A DNA stretch of 64,000 nt from Eledone cirrhosa (Eukaryota). The translations under genes and the position numbers were made by a program. Within the stretch, counting starts at the first letter, position 1. Every line of letters begins with the position of its first letter. Below, piece after piece: positions 12,710-26,146 of this stretch. The notes below the pieces were generated by a model, which did not search any database, was not told the DNA's origin, and saw nothing but the letters and a program-made list of their open reading frames with translations. Where the stretch lies: NCBI GenBank assembly GCA_964016885.1, contig OZ024765.1, positions 14,012,001 through 14,076,000 on the forward strand, read 5' to 3'.

Positions 12710-13452
12710 TCATCATCACCATTTTACGTCCGTTTTTCCACGCTAACATGGGTTAGACGGGTTGTCCTGTTGTGGGCAGTGTCCAGTCGGCTGACCTTGT
12801 CTTGATCATATGGGAATTGATTCTGGCTTGATTTCTACAGCTGGATGCCCTTCCTAACACCAACCTCATTTACAGTGAGTCCTGGATGCTTTTTTACTGT
12901 GGCGCCTACAAGACCACTTTACAGTGTGGTCTGGGTGCTTTTTTGTTGTGACACTTGCACGACCACTTTGCAGTGGGAGGGAATAGGGGCAGATTGTCTA
13001 TATGCTTCAGCTTCGGCTTGTACCCGTGGAAATACAGGTCTTCTGTATTACTGCATAACACCAGAGGTCTCGGTCCTGTGTCATCACCTTCGAGAGGGGC
13101 AATTAGGCAAGGTCAGCTTTTAACACCTCATTTCAGGTCTTCTTGGGTTTCGCCACTCCAAGGCTTCCATCAACTTTTAGTGCTCTGCACCTTTCTATGC
13201 AACTGTCATCCTTCATATGCATCACATGTGCATACCAATGCAATCTCTTCTCCTGCACACAGCATTTGATTCCTCTTATGCTCAGTCTCTCTCTCAATTC
13301 ATTTATACTTTACCGTTTGCGTATATTACTATTACACATCCATCGAAGCATGCAAGCTTTGTTTCTTTCTAATCTATGCAAGTCTTCTGCACACAACGCC
13401 CAGGTCTCACTACCATGTAACATTCTAACATGTAATATATATTTATTGACAG

Positions 13453-13593
13453 GTAATTCTGAGCAATGCCACCATAAAGGAAAGGTTTACAAGGTCGGAG
13501 ATTCTTTCAAAGATGACTGCAATACATGTTTCTGTGGATCAAACAATGTTATTGGATGTACAATAATGTTGTGTCCACCACATGGTACTGTAG
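13453..13593 (+). CDS. Gene 1 exon B2 (CT-I-MLC)
   Basis: 141 nt, phase 1/1; GNSEQCHHKGKVYKVGDSFKDDCNTCFCGSNNVIGCTIMLCPPHGTV; donor TAG|GTAACA. Confidence 0.86.
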
Positions 13594-13747
13594 GTAACAT
13601 AACAACTTTGAATATCTTCATAGAATTTATCATGTCTCAGTTTTTTTAATATATTTTCTGTTATATTCAAATTGAATTGAAGTTACCCAAATTCTTCTTC
13701 TTCTTCTTCTTCTTCTTCTTCTTCTTCTTCTTCTTCTTCTTCTTCTT

Positions 13748-13778
<31 letters not shown>

Positions 13779-14058
13779 AAGTCAGCACTACGACTACATC
13801 ACATTAAATATTAACGTCTTTACTGTAATACTGTAAATTCTCACAACAGTATGTCCACCAGTAAAGATACTATAAACATTTAGTACAAAACAACACTATG
13901 ACTACATCACATTAAATACTCTTTACTGTAATACTGTAAATTTTCACAACAATATGTCCACTAGGAAAGATACTATAAACTTTTAAATTAATAATTCATT
14001 TATTGTTTTTTTTGTTTCTTTCTTTAATTCTTTCTTCCCTTCCTTCCTTTCTTTGCAG

Positions 14059-14199
14059 CTGACCAAGAAGATGAAGTCGTCTGCAATCACAAAGGCCAGG
14101 TTCATAAAGTTGGGGAGGCATTTATGGATGAATGTAACACATGTCACTGTACAGAGAAAGGACTTGCTGTCTGTACCCAGATGATGTGTTTACCTAAAG
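14059..14199 (+). CDS. Gene 1 exon A3 (CT-Q-MMC)
   Basis: Same as A2; splice sites intact. Confidence 0.88.
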
Positions 14200-14234
14200 G
14201 TACGTATTGGGCTGTAGAGGGAAGGAGAGAGAAG

Positions 14235-14324
<90 letters not shown>

Positions 14325-14728
14325 GGGAGAGAGATAGAGAGAAAGAGAGAGAAAGGGAGAGAGAGAGAGAAGAGATCTGAGAAGAAATTATCTTTAAACT
14401 ACTCCATAGCCTGATGGCTTGAAAGTTGAGTGAAACCTGTTAAAGGCACTGAGGAGTCAGCCATCAGATGCATTCTACATCTTACATATATACACACACA
14501 CATACACACATATATATATATATATCTTCAAAATGCTTTTAATTAAGCATACAGTATATTACCAAATATACTATATATACATTCATGTATATATCGCTAT
14601 TTCAGAGCACCAATTCTAATTTTCAATTTTTGCTGGACCGGCAATCGCTCTGTATAATCAGTTCCTGATTATTACTGGAATTCTATACGAATCCAACATT
14701 TATAATTTTCAACAGACAAAGCGATTTC

Positions 14729-14774
14729 TAAGCTCTGATGATTACCAACAGTATGAAACAGATCTGTCAGCTTA
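14729..14774 (+). ncRNA. Hammerhead ribozyme motif (copy 2)
   Basis: Same sequence as 11810-11855. Confidence 0.7.
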
Positions 14775-14900
14775 TCTCCCTTTGTTTGTTGAAAAAAGAA
14801 GTAAGTGACATTGTCACTACATTAAAACAATACCGCAAGGTCTTCAAAATGCTTTTAATTAAGCATACAGTATATTGCCAAATATACTATATATACATTC

Positions 14901-14931
<31 letters not shown>

Positions 14932-15482
14932 GAGAAGAAAGAGGAATACTGCGTGGTTGCACATGGGTTACATAAGATAAAATGAGTCCCTCGTCAGTGA
15001 TTTGCCAACCATCATTGGATATTACATCGCATTAAAAATCATATACCTCAGGTTGGTGCGAGTAATAACTAAAAGAAGCTATTGGGACAAGTGAATCGTG
15101 TAAAGCGAGTGAGACAAGTAAACAACATAGAAGGATAAAAGCAAACCGAAGATAGGAAAAAAACAAACAACATGGTTATCCGGTCAGCATAAGCTGGGTG
15201 GATTTCATGAGCGATCAAAATACAGACCGTCCGACGTGAGTGAGATGTGAGCAAGAAAGGACCCCACTCTAGCCAAACGGGAGGAAGTGAGAAGGGGAGA
15301 AACAGAGAGTGAGTGAGTGGAAGTGCGAGGAAGAGGTCAGTCGAGAGAAAGTGTAACTGACAGAGGGGGAGAAAGAAGGTGAGAGAAACAGAGAGAACGG
15401 GGGAGCAGTAAGAGAGAAACAGACAAACGCAGCTGAGGTAAATAAGTATAAAATCATATATATATACATATATATATACATC

Positions 15483-15553
<71 letters not shown>

Positions 15554-15986
15554 CATCATCATCACCATTTTACGTCCGTTTTTCCACGCTAACATGGGTT
15601 AGACGGGTTGTCCTGTTGTGGGCAGTGTCCAGTCGGCTGACCTTGTCTTGATCATATCACCTCATTCCAGGTCTTCTTGGGTTTCGCCACTCCAAGGCTT
15701 CCATCAACTTTTAGTGCTCTGCACCTTTCTATGCAACTGTCATCCTTCATATGCATTACATGTGCATACCAATGCAATCTCTTCTCCTGCACACAGCATG
15801 TGATTCCTCTTATGCTCAGTCTCTCTCTCAATTCATTTATACTTTACCGTTTGCGTATATTACTATTACACATCCATTGGAGCATGTAAGCTTTGTTTCT
15901 TTCTAATCTATGCAAGTCTTCTGCACACAACGCCCAGGTCTCACTACCATGTAACATTCTAACATGTAATATATATTTATTGACAG

Positions 15987-16127
15987 GTAATTCTGAGCAA
16001 TGCCACCATAAAGGAAAGGTTTACAAGGTCGGAGATTCTTTCAAAGATGACTGCAATACATGTTTCTGTGGATCAAACAATGTTATTGGATGTACAAGAA
16101 TGTTGTGTCCACCACATGGTAATGTAG
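15987..16127 (+). CDS. Gene 1 exon B3 (CT-R-MLC)
   Basis: 141 nt, phase 1/1; ...GSNNVIGCTRMLCPPHGNV. Confidence 0.88.
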   Translation, partial: VILSNATIKERFTRSEILSKMTAIHVSVDQTMLLDVQECCVHHMVM

Positions 16128-16242
16128 GTAAGATAACAACTTTGAATATCTTCATAGAATTTATCATGTCTCAGTTTTTTTTATATATTTTCTGTTATAT
16201 TCAAATTGAATTGAAGTTACCCAAATTCTTCTTCTTCTTCTT

Positions 16243-16273
<31 letters not shown>

Positions 16274-16553
16274 AAGTCAGCACTACGACTACATCACATT
16301 AAATATTAACGTCTTTACTGTAATACTGTAAATTCTCACAACAGTATGTCCACCAGTAAAGATACTATAAACATTTAGTACAAAACAACACTATGACTAC
16401 ATCACATTAAATACTCTTTACTGTAATACTGTAAATTTTCACAACAATATGTCCACTAGGAAAGATACTATAAACTTTTAAATTAATAATTCATTTATTG
16501 TTTTTTTTGTTTCTTTCTTTAATTCTTTCTTCCCTTCCTTCCTTTCTTTGCAG

Positions 16554-16694
16554 CTGACCAAGAAGATGAAGTCGTCTGCAATCACAAAGGCCAGGTTCAT
16601 AAAGTTGGGGAGGCATTTATGGATGAATGTAACACATGTCACTGTACAGAGAAAGGACTTGCTGTCTGTACCCAGATGATGTGTTTACCTAAAG
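16554..16694 (+). CDS. Gene 1 exon A4 (CT-Q-MMC)
   Basis: Same as A2; splice sites intact. Confidence 0.88.
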
Positions 16695-16729
16695 GTACGT
16701 ATTGGGCTGTAGAGGGAAGGAGAGAGAAG

Positions 16730-16833
<104 letters not shown>

Positions 16834-17239
16834 GGGAGAGAGATAGAGAGAAAGAGAGAGAAAGGGAGAGAGAGAGAGAAGAGATCTGAGAAGAAATTAT
16901 CTTTAAACTACTCCATAGCCTGATGGCTTGAAAGTTGAGTGAAACCTGTTAAAGGCACTGAAGAGTCAGCCATCAGATGCATTCTACATCTTACATATAT
17001 ACACACACACACACATACACACATATATATATATATCTTCAAAATGCTTTTAATTAAGCATACAGTATATTACCAAATATACTATATATACATTCATGTA
17101 TATATCGCTATTTCAGAGCACCAATTCTAATTTTCAATTTTTGCTGGACCGGCAATCGCTCTGTATAATCAGTTCCTGATTATTACTGGAATTCTATACG
17201 AATCCAACATTTATAATTTTCAACAGACAAAGCGATTTC

Positions 17240-17285
17240 TAAGCTCTGATGATTACCAACAGTATGAAACAGATCTGTCAGCTTA
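17240..17285 (+). ncRNA. Hammerhead ribozyme motif (copy 3)
   Basis: Same sequence as 11810-11855. Confidence 0.7.
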
Positions 17286-17411
17286 TCTCCCTTTGTTTGT
17301 TGAAAAAAGAAGTAAGTGACATTGTCACTACATTAAAACAATACCGCAAGGTCTTCAAAATGCTTTTAATTAAGCATACAGTATATTGCCAAATATACTA
17401 TATATACATTC

Positions 17412-17444
<33 letters not shown>

Positions 17445-18069
17445 GAGAAGAAAGAGGAATACTGCGTGGTTGCACATGGGTTACATAAGATAAAATGAGT
17501 CCCTCGTCAGTGATTTGCCAACCATCATTGGATATTACATCGCATTAAAAATCATATACCTCAGGTTGGTGCGAGTAATAACTAAAAGAAGCTATTGGGA
17601 CAAGTGAATCGTGTAAAGCGAGTGAGACAAGTAAACAACATAGAAGGATAAAAGCAAACCGAAGATAGGAAAAAAACAAGCAACATGGTTATCCGGTCAG
17701 CATAAGCTGGGTGGATTTCATGAGCGATCAAAATACAGACCGTCCGACGTGAATGAGATGTGAGCAAGAAAGGACCCCACTCTAGCCAAACGGGAGGAAG
17801 TGAGAAGGGGAGAAACAGAGAGTGAGTGAGTGGAAGTGCGAGGAAGAGGTCAGTCGAGAGAAAGTGTAACTGACAGAGGGGGAGAAAGAAGGTGAGAGAA
17901 ACAGAGAGAACGGGGGAGCAGTAAGAGAGAAACAGACAAACGCAGCTGAGGTAAATAAGTATAAAATCATATATATATACATATATATATACATGTCTAA
18001 AAAACATATATATATACATATATATATACATGTCTAAAAAACATATATATATACATATATATATACATC

Positions 18070-18120
<51 letters not shown>

Positions 18121-18551
18121 TCATCATCACCATTTTACGTCCGTTTTTCCACGCTAACATGGGTTAGACGGGTTGTCCTGTTGTGGGCAGTGTCCAGTCG
18201 GCTGACCTTGTCTTGATCATATCACCTCATTCCAGGTCTTCTTGGGTTTCGCCACTCCAAGGCTTCCATCAACTTTTAGTGCTCTGCACCTTTCTATGCA
18301 ACTGTCATCCTTCATATGCATCACATGTGCATACCAATGCAATCTCTTCTCCTGCACACAGCATTTGATTCCTCTTATGCTCAGTCTCTCTCTCAATTCA
18401 TTTATACTTTACCGTTTGCGTATATTACTATTACACATCCATTGGAGCATGTAAGCTTTGTTTCTTTCTAATCTATGCAAGTCTTCTGCACACAACGCCC
18501 AGGTCTCACTACCATGTAACATTCTAACATGTAATATATATTTATTGACAG

Positions 18552-18692
18552 GTAATTCTGAGCAATGCCACCATAAAGGAAAGGTTTACAAGGTCGGAGA
18601 TTCTTTCAAAGATGACTGCAATACATGTTTCTGTGGATCAAACAATGTTATTGGATGTACAAGAATGTTGTGTCCACCACATGGTAATGTAG
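18552..18692 (+). CDS. Gene 1 exon B4 (CT-R-MLC)
   Basis: Same as B3; splice sites intact. Confidence 0.88.
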   Translation, partial: VILSNATIKERFTRSEILSKMTAIHVSVDQTMLLDVQECCVHHMVM

Positions 18693-18733
18693 GTAAGATA
18701 ACAACTTTGAATATCTTTTTTTGGCATCTTCTG

Positions 18734-19470
18734 AAGGCACTTGGCTTAGTGGTTAGAGAGTTGATTTCACAATCGTGAGGTTGTGAGTTCAATTCTCGAA
18801 CCGGGTGAAGCATTGTGTTCTTGAGCAAGATACTTTTTTTCACGTTGCTCCTTCTGCCAGGAGTTGCGACGAGTAGATAGTATCGGTAATGGAAAGACCA
18901 ATGGAAACATTGTTTCCTTGGTCCAATTTGAGAGTTGCTCTTTCTGCCAGGAGTTGCGACCGGTAGATAGTATTGGTAATGGAAAGACCAATGGAAACAT
19001 TGTTTCCTTGGTCCAATTTGAGAGTTGCTCTTTCTGCCAGGAGTTGCGACCGGTAGATAGTATCGGTAAGGGAAAGACCAATGGAAACATTGTTTCCTTG
19101 GTCCAATTTGAGAGTTGCTCTTTCTGCCAGGAGTTGCGACCGGTAGATAGTATTGGTAATGGAAAGACCAATGGAAACATTGTTTCCTTGGTCCAATTTG
19201 AGAGTTGCTCTTTCTGCCAGGAGTTGCGACCGGTAGATAGTATTGGTAATGGAAAGACCAATGGAAACATTGTTTCCTTGGTCCAATTTGAGAGTTGCTC
19301 TTTCTGCCAGGAGTTGCGACCGGTAGATAGTATCGGTAAGGGAAAGACCAATGGAAACATTGTTTCCTTGGTCCAATTTGAGAGTTGCTCTTTCTGCCAG
19401 GAGTTGCAACCGGTAGATAGTATTGGTAAGGGAAAGACCAATGGAAACATTGTTTCCTTGGTCCAATTTC
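18734..19470 (+). repeat. SINE head followed by 7 tandem copies of a 90-bp SINE-body unit
   Basis: tRNA-like head 18734-18843, then GTTGCTC...GGTCCAATTTGAGA every 90 nt; a single-copy homologue lies at ~26440-26632 (-). Confidence 0.88.
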
Positions 19471-20219
19471 CCAAAGTCCACCCTACCTGGCAAACGAATG
19501 AGGTCTGGGATCTTGTTGATCATCAAAAGAAAGAAAATATATCTTCTATTATGTTCACAGGTGGCGAATTGGCAGAGTCATTAGAACATCAGATAGAATG
19601 CTTTGAGGTATTCATTCTGGCTTTTTACTTTCTGAGTTCAAATCCCCACTGAGATCAACTTTGCCTTTCATTCTTTCAAGGTTGATCAAAAAGTACCAGT
19701 CTAGTACTGGGGTCGATTCTTCCTCTATATCTCTTTCTCATTTCCCCACCCTCTATTATCTCTCCATATATATATATATATAAATATATAAAGTACCAGT
19801 CTAGTACTGGGGTTGATTCTTGCTCTATATCTCTTTCTCATTTCCTCCTCTCACTTTCTATACTCTTCTCTGGAAGAAATATGCTGTACTCCAACCTGGA
19901 GAGGAATGGGCTCCGCCAGGCTTAAAATGCCCAAGAAATGCCATATGTCAATACAGCAGTCCTATGACTCCACCAGGAGTTATGGGACCATGTCTTGCAA
20001 TGTCATACCATACAAATATCAGTGAATGCCTCACCTGGTGAATATATATATATATCCTCTATTGTTCACAAATAATTTTTTACCCTTCAATACACACAAT
20101 GGTTAATATATATAACAGTTCAGTATGTGCAAGGTACAATCATCTAACCTGGTTTGTCTCACAATGGGACAACTCATCTAACCCATGCTAGCATGGAAAA
20201 ATGGACTTTAAATGGTGAT

Positions 20220-21150
20220 TAAAGCTCCGACCTCTGGCAACTGACTTGGTAAACACTCACAAGATTATTAACCATCTTGCCTACAACAACCCTGAGCATC
20301 TTTTTGAATTCCATGTGTCTAACACCCGTATACATGCTTACAAAATCAGAAAATAACACAGTTCCCTTGACTTTTGGAAACTATTTTTTCATGCTCAGAG
20401 TTGCTGAAGCATGGAACAAACTAGCTGCATTGGTTGTTAGCTGTCGAGAGACTGCATCCTTCAAAAGTCTCATGGAACAAACTACCTTCATCAGTTGTTA
20501 GCTGTTGAGACACTGCATCCTTCAAAAGTCTCATGGAACAAACTACCGTCATCAGTTGTTAGCTGTCGAGACACTGCATCCTTCAAAAGTCTCATGGAAC
20601 AAACTACCTGCATCAGTTGTTAGCTGTCGAGACACTGCATCCTTCAAAAGTCTCATGGAACAAACTACCTTCATCAGTTGTTAGCTGTCGAGACACTGCA
20701 TCCTTCAAAAGTCTCATGGAACAAACTACCTGCATCAGTTGTTAGCTGTCGAGACACTGCATCCTTCAAAAGTCTCATGCAACAAACTACCTTCATCAGT
20801 TGTTAGCTGTCGAGACACTGCATCCTTCAAAAATCTCATGGAACAAACTACCTTCATCAGTTGTTAGCTGTCGAGACACTGCATCCTTCAAAAGTCTCAT
20901 GGAACAAACTACCTTCATCAGTTGTTAGCTGTCGAGACACTGCATGCTTCAAAAGTCCCATGCTTCCTGAAATACACCAACACTACACCTGATATCCCCC
21001 CTCTATACACACACACGTATTTATCTGTGTGTATATCACTTTTCACTTTCCTGACATTTGTACATTATTCTATGAACTATACATGCACCTTTGATGAGTT
21101 GTAGTGCACCTGAGCACTGTACACAATAATTTTCATTATCATTATTATGT
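20220..21150 (+). mobile_element. CR1/L2-like LINE 3' fragment containing 9 x 61-bp tandem repeat (20410-20958)
   Basis: FFMLRVAEAWNKL motif shared with the fragment at 34940-35785; CATGGAACAAAC... recurs every 61 nt. Confidence 0.8.
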
Positions 21151-21912
21151 GGCCAATAAATGAAATCATTATTATAGGGCGGTGGATTGGCAGTGTCGGT
21201 AGAGGCTCGGACGTCATGCTTTGCAGCACAGTTACGTCCCTTTCCGGACTGAGTTCAAATCCTGCCGAGGTTAACTTTGCCTTTCATCCTTACGGGGGTC
21301 GATAAAATAAAGTACCAGTAATACATTGGGATAATTGCTGGCCTTGTGCCAAAAGTAGAAACAATTATTATTATTATCATTAAGTCCCTTTACGTTCTGA
21401 GTTCAAATCCCGCTAAGGTTAACTTTGCCTTTTATCCTTATGGGGTCGATAAAATAAAGTACCAGTAATGTACTGGGGTCGATTTAATCGATTTTCCCTT
21501 TCCAAAAATTGCTGGCCTTGTGCCTATAGTAGAAATCATTATTATGATTTCAATAAGAAAACACATATGGAGGCACATGGCTTAGTGGTTAGAGCATTGG
21601 CCTTGCAATCAAAAGGTTGTGAGTTCAATTCTCAGACTGGGTGATGTATTGTTTCCTTGAGCAAGACACTTTATTTCACATTGCTCCAGTTTACTCAGCT
21701 GTAGAAATGAGATGATAGGGACTGGGGTCCCTATCATTCCACTGCAAAGTGGTCGTGGAGGTGCCACGGAAAAAAAGCAGCCAGCACTCACTGTAAATGA
21801 GGTTGGTGTAGAAATCAAGCCAGAATCAGTTCCCGTCCCACCCTTGCAAGCAGGGAAAAGCGGACGTAAAATGATGATGATGATGATGATGATATATTTT
21901 GTTCCATTACAG

Positions 21913-22050
21913 AGTATAGCGACAGCAGTGTCTGCCACCACAACGGACAAGTTTATAAATTTGGAGATTCTTTCGCAGATGATTGCAACAGATGTTTCTG
22001 TGGTAAGGATGGAGTGGTAGGCTGCACCAAGAAGATGTGTATTCATACAG
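21913..22050 (+). CDS. Gene 1 exon 11, pacifastin domain (CT-K-KMC)
   Basis: TTCCATTACAG acceptor, CAG|GTATGT donor; 138 nt, phase 1/1; [46 protein letters not shown]; absent from the ORF track. Confidence 0.9.
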
Positions 22051-22439
22051 GTATGTTCCTTGTTAAACAGTTGCATATAATGTATAATGTATGTGCCCAG
22101 TCCATGTTATAAAGTGGTTTATTTTAGGAAAGGCATCCAGTCCTAGAAACCAAGCTAAAATACAGATCCATATGAGCAAGACATGGTCATTTGACCTAAC
22201 TTGTCTCATGACATAACAACCTGTCTAACCCATGCAAGCATAGAAAATAGACATTAAACGGTTATGATGATGATGATGGTAATGATGATGATAATGATGA
22301 TGATGATGGTGGTGGTGGTGGTGGTGGTGATGATGATGATGATGACACCATTACAATGAATATGACACCATTGCAAGCAAAGTCCCCTAACTCCCGACAA
22401 TGAAATTTGTGAAATTGGTGAGGAAAGTAGCGATTCAGG

Positions 22440-23060
22440 AGCCCAGATCTGAGAGGGAAAAGTTAGGCACAGGGGCCCGTATCCGAGATGGTAAAGTTAT
22501 AGACATGGGCCCAGATCTGAGAGGGTAAAGTTATAGACAGGGGCCCAGATCTGAGAGGGTAAAGTTATAGACAGGGGCCCAGATCTAAGAGGGTAAAGTT
22601 ATAGACATGGGCCCAGATCTGAGAGGGTAAAGTTAGACACAGGGTCCCAGATCTGAGAGGGTAAAGTTAGACACAGGGGCCCAGATCTGAGAGGGTAAAA
22701 GTTATAGACATGGACTCAGATCTGAGAGGGTAAAGTTAGACACAGGGGCCCAGATCTGAGAGGGTAAAAGTTATAGACATGGACCCAGATCTGAGAGGGT
22801 AAAGTTAGGCACAAGGCCCAGATCCGAGAGGGTCAAATTATAGATATGGGCCCAGATCTGAGAGGGTAGAGTTATAGACATGGGCCCAGATCCGAGAGGG
22901 TAAAGTGATAGACATAGGCCCAGATCCGAGAGGGTAAAGTTATAGACATAGGCCCAGATCTGAGAAGGTAAAGTTAGACATGGGCCCAGGTTGAGGGTAA
23001 AGTTTCACACAGGGGCCCAGGTCTGAGAGGGTAAATTTAGACACAGGGGCCCAGGTCTGA
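22440..23060. repeat. ~33-bp minisatellite
   Basis: GGGCCCAGATCTGAGAGGGTAAAGTTATAGACA repeated about 18 times. Confidence 0.9.
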
Positions 23061-23294
23061 AATAGTTAAATGTTCTTTATAAGTAATGTTAGGGGTTATT
23101 ATGGTGAATAATGTGGATTGGCAGTATCGGTAGAGGGTCGGACGCCATGCTTTCCAGCATAGTTACATCCCTTTACGATCTGAGTTCAAATCCCGCCGAG
23201 GTTGACTTTGCCTTTCATCCTTACGGGGTCGATAAAATAAAGTACCAGTAATGCACTGGGTCATTGCTGGCCTTGTGCCTAACGTAGAAACAAT

Positions 23295-23765
23295 TATTGT
23301 GAAATGTCAAATTTAAGGCTTCTTATAAGTATCTCAGTAATATTAGGGGTTTGTATGGTGAACTGTCAAATTTAAGGGATTTTGATAGGTATCTCAGTAA
23401 TTTTAGGGGTTGTAACATGAAATGTCAAATTTAAGGGACCCTTGATAAATACCTCAGTAATTTTATGGGTTTGTGTCAAAGGGGTTTGTATGGTGAACTG
23501 TCAAATTTAAGAGATTTTGATAGGTATCTCAGTAATGTTAGGGGTTTAATTCAAAAGAGTTTGTGACATTAACTGTCAAATTTAAAGGATTTTGATATCT
23601 CAGTAATGTTAAGGGTTTAATTCAAAAGGGTTTGTATCAAAGAGGTTTGTGAAATGATCTGTCAAATTTTAGGGATTTTGATAAACATCTCAGTAATGTT
23701 AGGGGTTTAATTCAAAGTGGTTTGTATGAAAGGGGTTTGTGACATGAACTGTCAAATTTTAGGAA
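23295..23765. repeat. Degenerate ~58-75-bp minisatellite abutting an acceptor site
   Basis: Repeated TGTCAAATTTAAGGGATTTTGATAGGTATCTCAGTAAT..AGGGGTTT. Confidence 0.75.
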
Positions 23766-23783
23766 TCTTTCTAACTGTTTCAG

Positions 23784-23913
23784 GATGTGTTGTTGGCAAC
23801 AAAAACTACAAGATTGGAGAAGTATTCAAGAAAGATTGTAACAAATGTGTTTGTGGCCCCAGAGGGAGGACAACCTGTACATTGAAGGGATGTATCCATA
23901 ACAACGACTTTTG
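23784..23913 (+). CDS. Gene 1 exon 12, C-terminal pacifastin domain (CT-L-KGC)
   Basis: CTAAC..TTTCAG acceptor; GCVVGNKNYKIGEVFKKDCNKCVCGPRGRTTCTLKGCIHNNDF then TG|GTAAGT. Confidence 0.9.
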
Positions 23914-23929
23914 GTAAGTGTTGGGGGAG

Positions 23930-25160
23930 GAGTAGTGCGATGTAATGTTGTATGGTGCAGTAAGGTGGACTCTACTGTGGTGTAGTGTAGTGTGGTGTAG
24001 TGTAGTGTGGTGTAGTGTGGTGTGGTGTAGTGTGGTGAGGTGTGGTGTGGTGGACTCTACTGTGGTGTAGTGTAGTGTGGTGTGGTGTGGTGTAGTGTGG
24101 TGTGCTGTAGTGTAGTGTAGTGTAGTGTAATGTGGTGTAGTGTAGTGTGGTGTAGTGTGGTGTGGTGTGGTGTGGTGGACTCTACTGTGGTGTAGTGTAG
24201 TGTGGTGTGGTGTAGTGTGGTGTGGTGGACTCTATTGTGGTGTAGTGTGGTGTGGTGTGATGTTGTGTGCTGTGGTGTAGTGTAGTGTGGTGTAGTGTAG
24301 TGTGGTGTAGTGTGGTGTGGTGTAGTGTGGTGTAGTGTAGTGTAGTGTAGTGTAGTGTGGTGTAGTGTAGTGTAGTGTAGTGTAGTGTGATGTGGTGTAG
24401 TGTGGTGTGCTGTAGTGTAGTGTAGTGTAGTGTAATGTGGTGTAGTGTAGTGTGGTGTAGTGTGGTGTGGTGTGGTGTGGTGTGGTGTAGTGTAGTGTGG
24501 TGTAGTGTGGTGTGGTGTAGTGTGGTGTAGTGTAGTGTAGTGTAGTGTAGTGTGATGTGGTGTAGTGTGGTGTGCTGTAGTGTAGTGTAGTGTAGTGTAA
24601 TGTGGTGTAGTGTAGTGTGGTGTAGTGTGGTGTGGTGTAGTGTGGTGTAGTGTAGTGTAGTGTAGTGTAGTGTGGTGTAGTGTGGTGTGGTGTAGTGTGG
24701 TGTAGTGTAGTGTAGTGTAGTGTAGTATGGTGTAGTGTAGTGTAGTGTGGTGTAGTGTGATGTGGTGTAGTGTGGTGTGCTGTAGTGTAGTGTAGTGTAG
24801 TGTAATGTGGTGTAGTGTAGTGTGGTGTAGTGTGGTGTGGTGTAGTGTGGTGTGCTGTAGTGTAGTGTAGTGTAGTGTAGTGTAGTGTAGTGTAGTGCAG
24901 TGTGGTGTAGTGTAGTGTAGTGTAGTGTAGTGTGGTGTGGTGTGGTGTAGTGTGGTGTGGTGTAGTGTGGTGTAGTGTAGTGCAGTGTAGTATGGTGTAG
25001 TGTAGTGTGGTGTAGTGTGGTGTAGTGTGGTGGACTCTATTGTGGTGTGGTGTGGTGTAGTGCGATGTAGTGTGGTGTAGTGCGGTGTAGTGTGGTGTAG
25101 TATGGTGTAGTGTGGTGTAGTGTGGTGTAGTGTGGTGTAGTGTAGTGTGGTGTAGTGTGC
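23930..25160. repeat. (GTGTA/GTGTG)n pentanucleotide satellite
   Basis: Directly visible; produces spurious His/Thr-rich ORFs. Confidence 0.95.
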
Positions 25161-25264
25161 TGGGTTGTGTGACCAATTGATATAGTGTTGAATTGAAAGA
25201 ATGAAGGAATAAGATATTAACCTCTTCAGTGCCATGGATGAGATAACTCATCCTAACATGTTTG

Positions 25265-25620
25265 AAATCGTTTCCAACAGTTCATAACTTCAAAGTTATG
25301 AACTCCTTTCCAACAGTTCATAGCTTTAAAGCTATTAACTCCTTTCCAACAGTTCATAACTTCAAAGCTATGAACTCCTTTCCAACAGTTCTTAGCTTTA
25401 AAGCTATTAACTCCTTTCCAACAGTTCATAACTTCAAAGCTATGAACTCCTTTCCAACAGTTCATAACTTCAAAGTTATAAACTCGTTTCCAACAGTTCA
25501 TAGCTTTAAAGCTATGAACTCCTTTCCAACAGTTCATAACTTCAAAGTTATGAACTCCTTTCCAACAGTTCATAACTTCAAAGTTATAAACTCGTTTCCA
25601 ACAGTTCATAACTTCAAAGC
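25265..25620. repeat. 36-bp minisatellite, ~10 copies
   Basis: AACTCCTTTCCAACAGTTCATAACTTCAAAGCTATG repeats. Confidence 0.9.
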
Positions 25621-25715
25621 TAGATGGGGTTACTAGTTTATTGAAGTGATGTTTGTCAATCATTCAGATATGTGTTGTTAATAAATGTTTGTTTAAAAAA
25701 ATAGTCATTTTACAG

Positions 25716-25972
25716 AAAAAAAATCCAGCACAGCAACTGTAGCTGTGTAAAATATACACAGCAGTCAACAGGTTAATATGATAAAAAAAACACAGTTTGT
25801 CTGATGAATTTTTCTCTTGTCTTCCATTTTTCTATATTGAAGATTTCACGATAGATTCAGAAGAAACCAGCAAACTTCTGGAAGAAGAAGAAGAGAATTG
25901 AAAGAAATATTGGTGATTGTAGAATGGAGATTTACGTAAAATAAAATTTGTAAAAATATTGTAAAAATATTT
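25716..25972 (+). other. Gene 1 terminal exon (last base of TGA + 3' UTR, AATAAA 25940-25945)
   Basis: CATTTTACAG|A completes TG+A; downstream block is homologous to the 3' ends of genes 2 and 3. Confidence 0.65.
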
Positions 25973-25975
25973 TTG

Positions 25976-26146
25976 TCTTCTTCTTCTTCTTCTTCTTCTT
26001 CTTCTTCTTCTTCTTCTTCTTCTTCTTCTTCTTCTTCTTCTTCTTCTTCTTCTTCTTCTTCTTCTTCTTCTTCTTCTTCTTCTTCTTCTTCTTCTTCTTC
26101 TTCTTCTTCTTCTTCTTCTTCTTCTTCTTCTTCTTCTTCTTCTTCT
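25976..26146. repeat. (CTT)n microsatellite
   Basis: Directly visible. Confidence 0.95.

Noticed and set aside
18767-19652. Long ORFs on both strands with 30-aa repeats; superficially CRISPR-like
   Set aside because: 90-bp tandem copies of a SINE body with no unique spacers, in a eukaryotic context
19860-20041. Cys-containing frames (QPGEEWAPPGLKC...) as a possible extra exon
   Set aside because: No pacifastin Cys pattern and no convincing splice pair; more like a decayed LINE fragment
24057-25251. His/Thr/Tyr-rich 339-392 aa ORFs
   Set aside because: Translations of a pentanucleotide satellite
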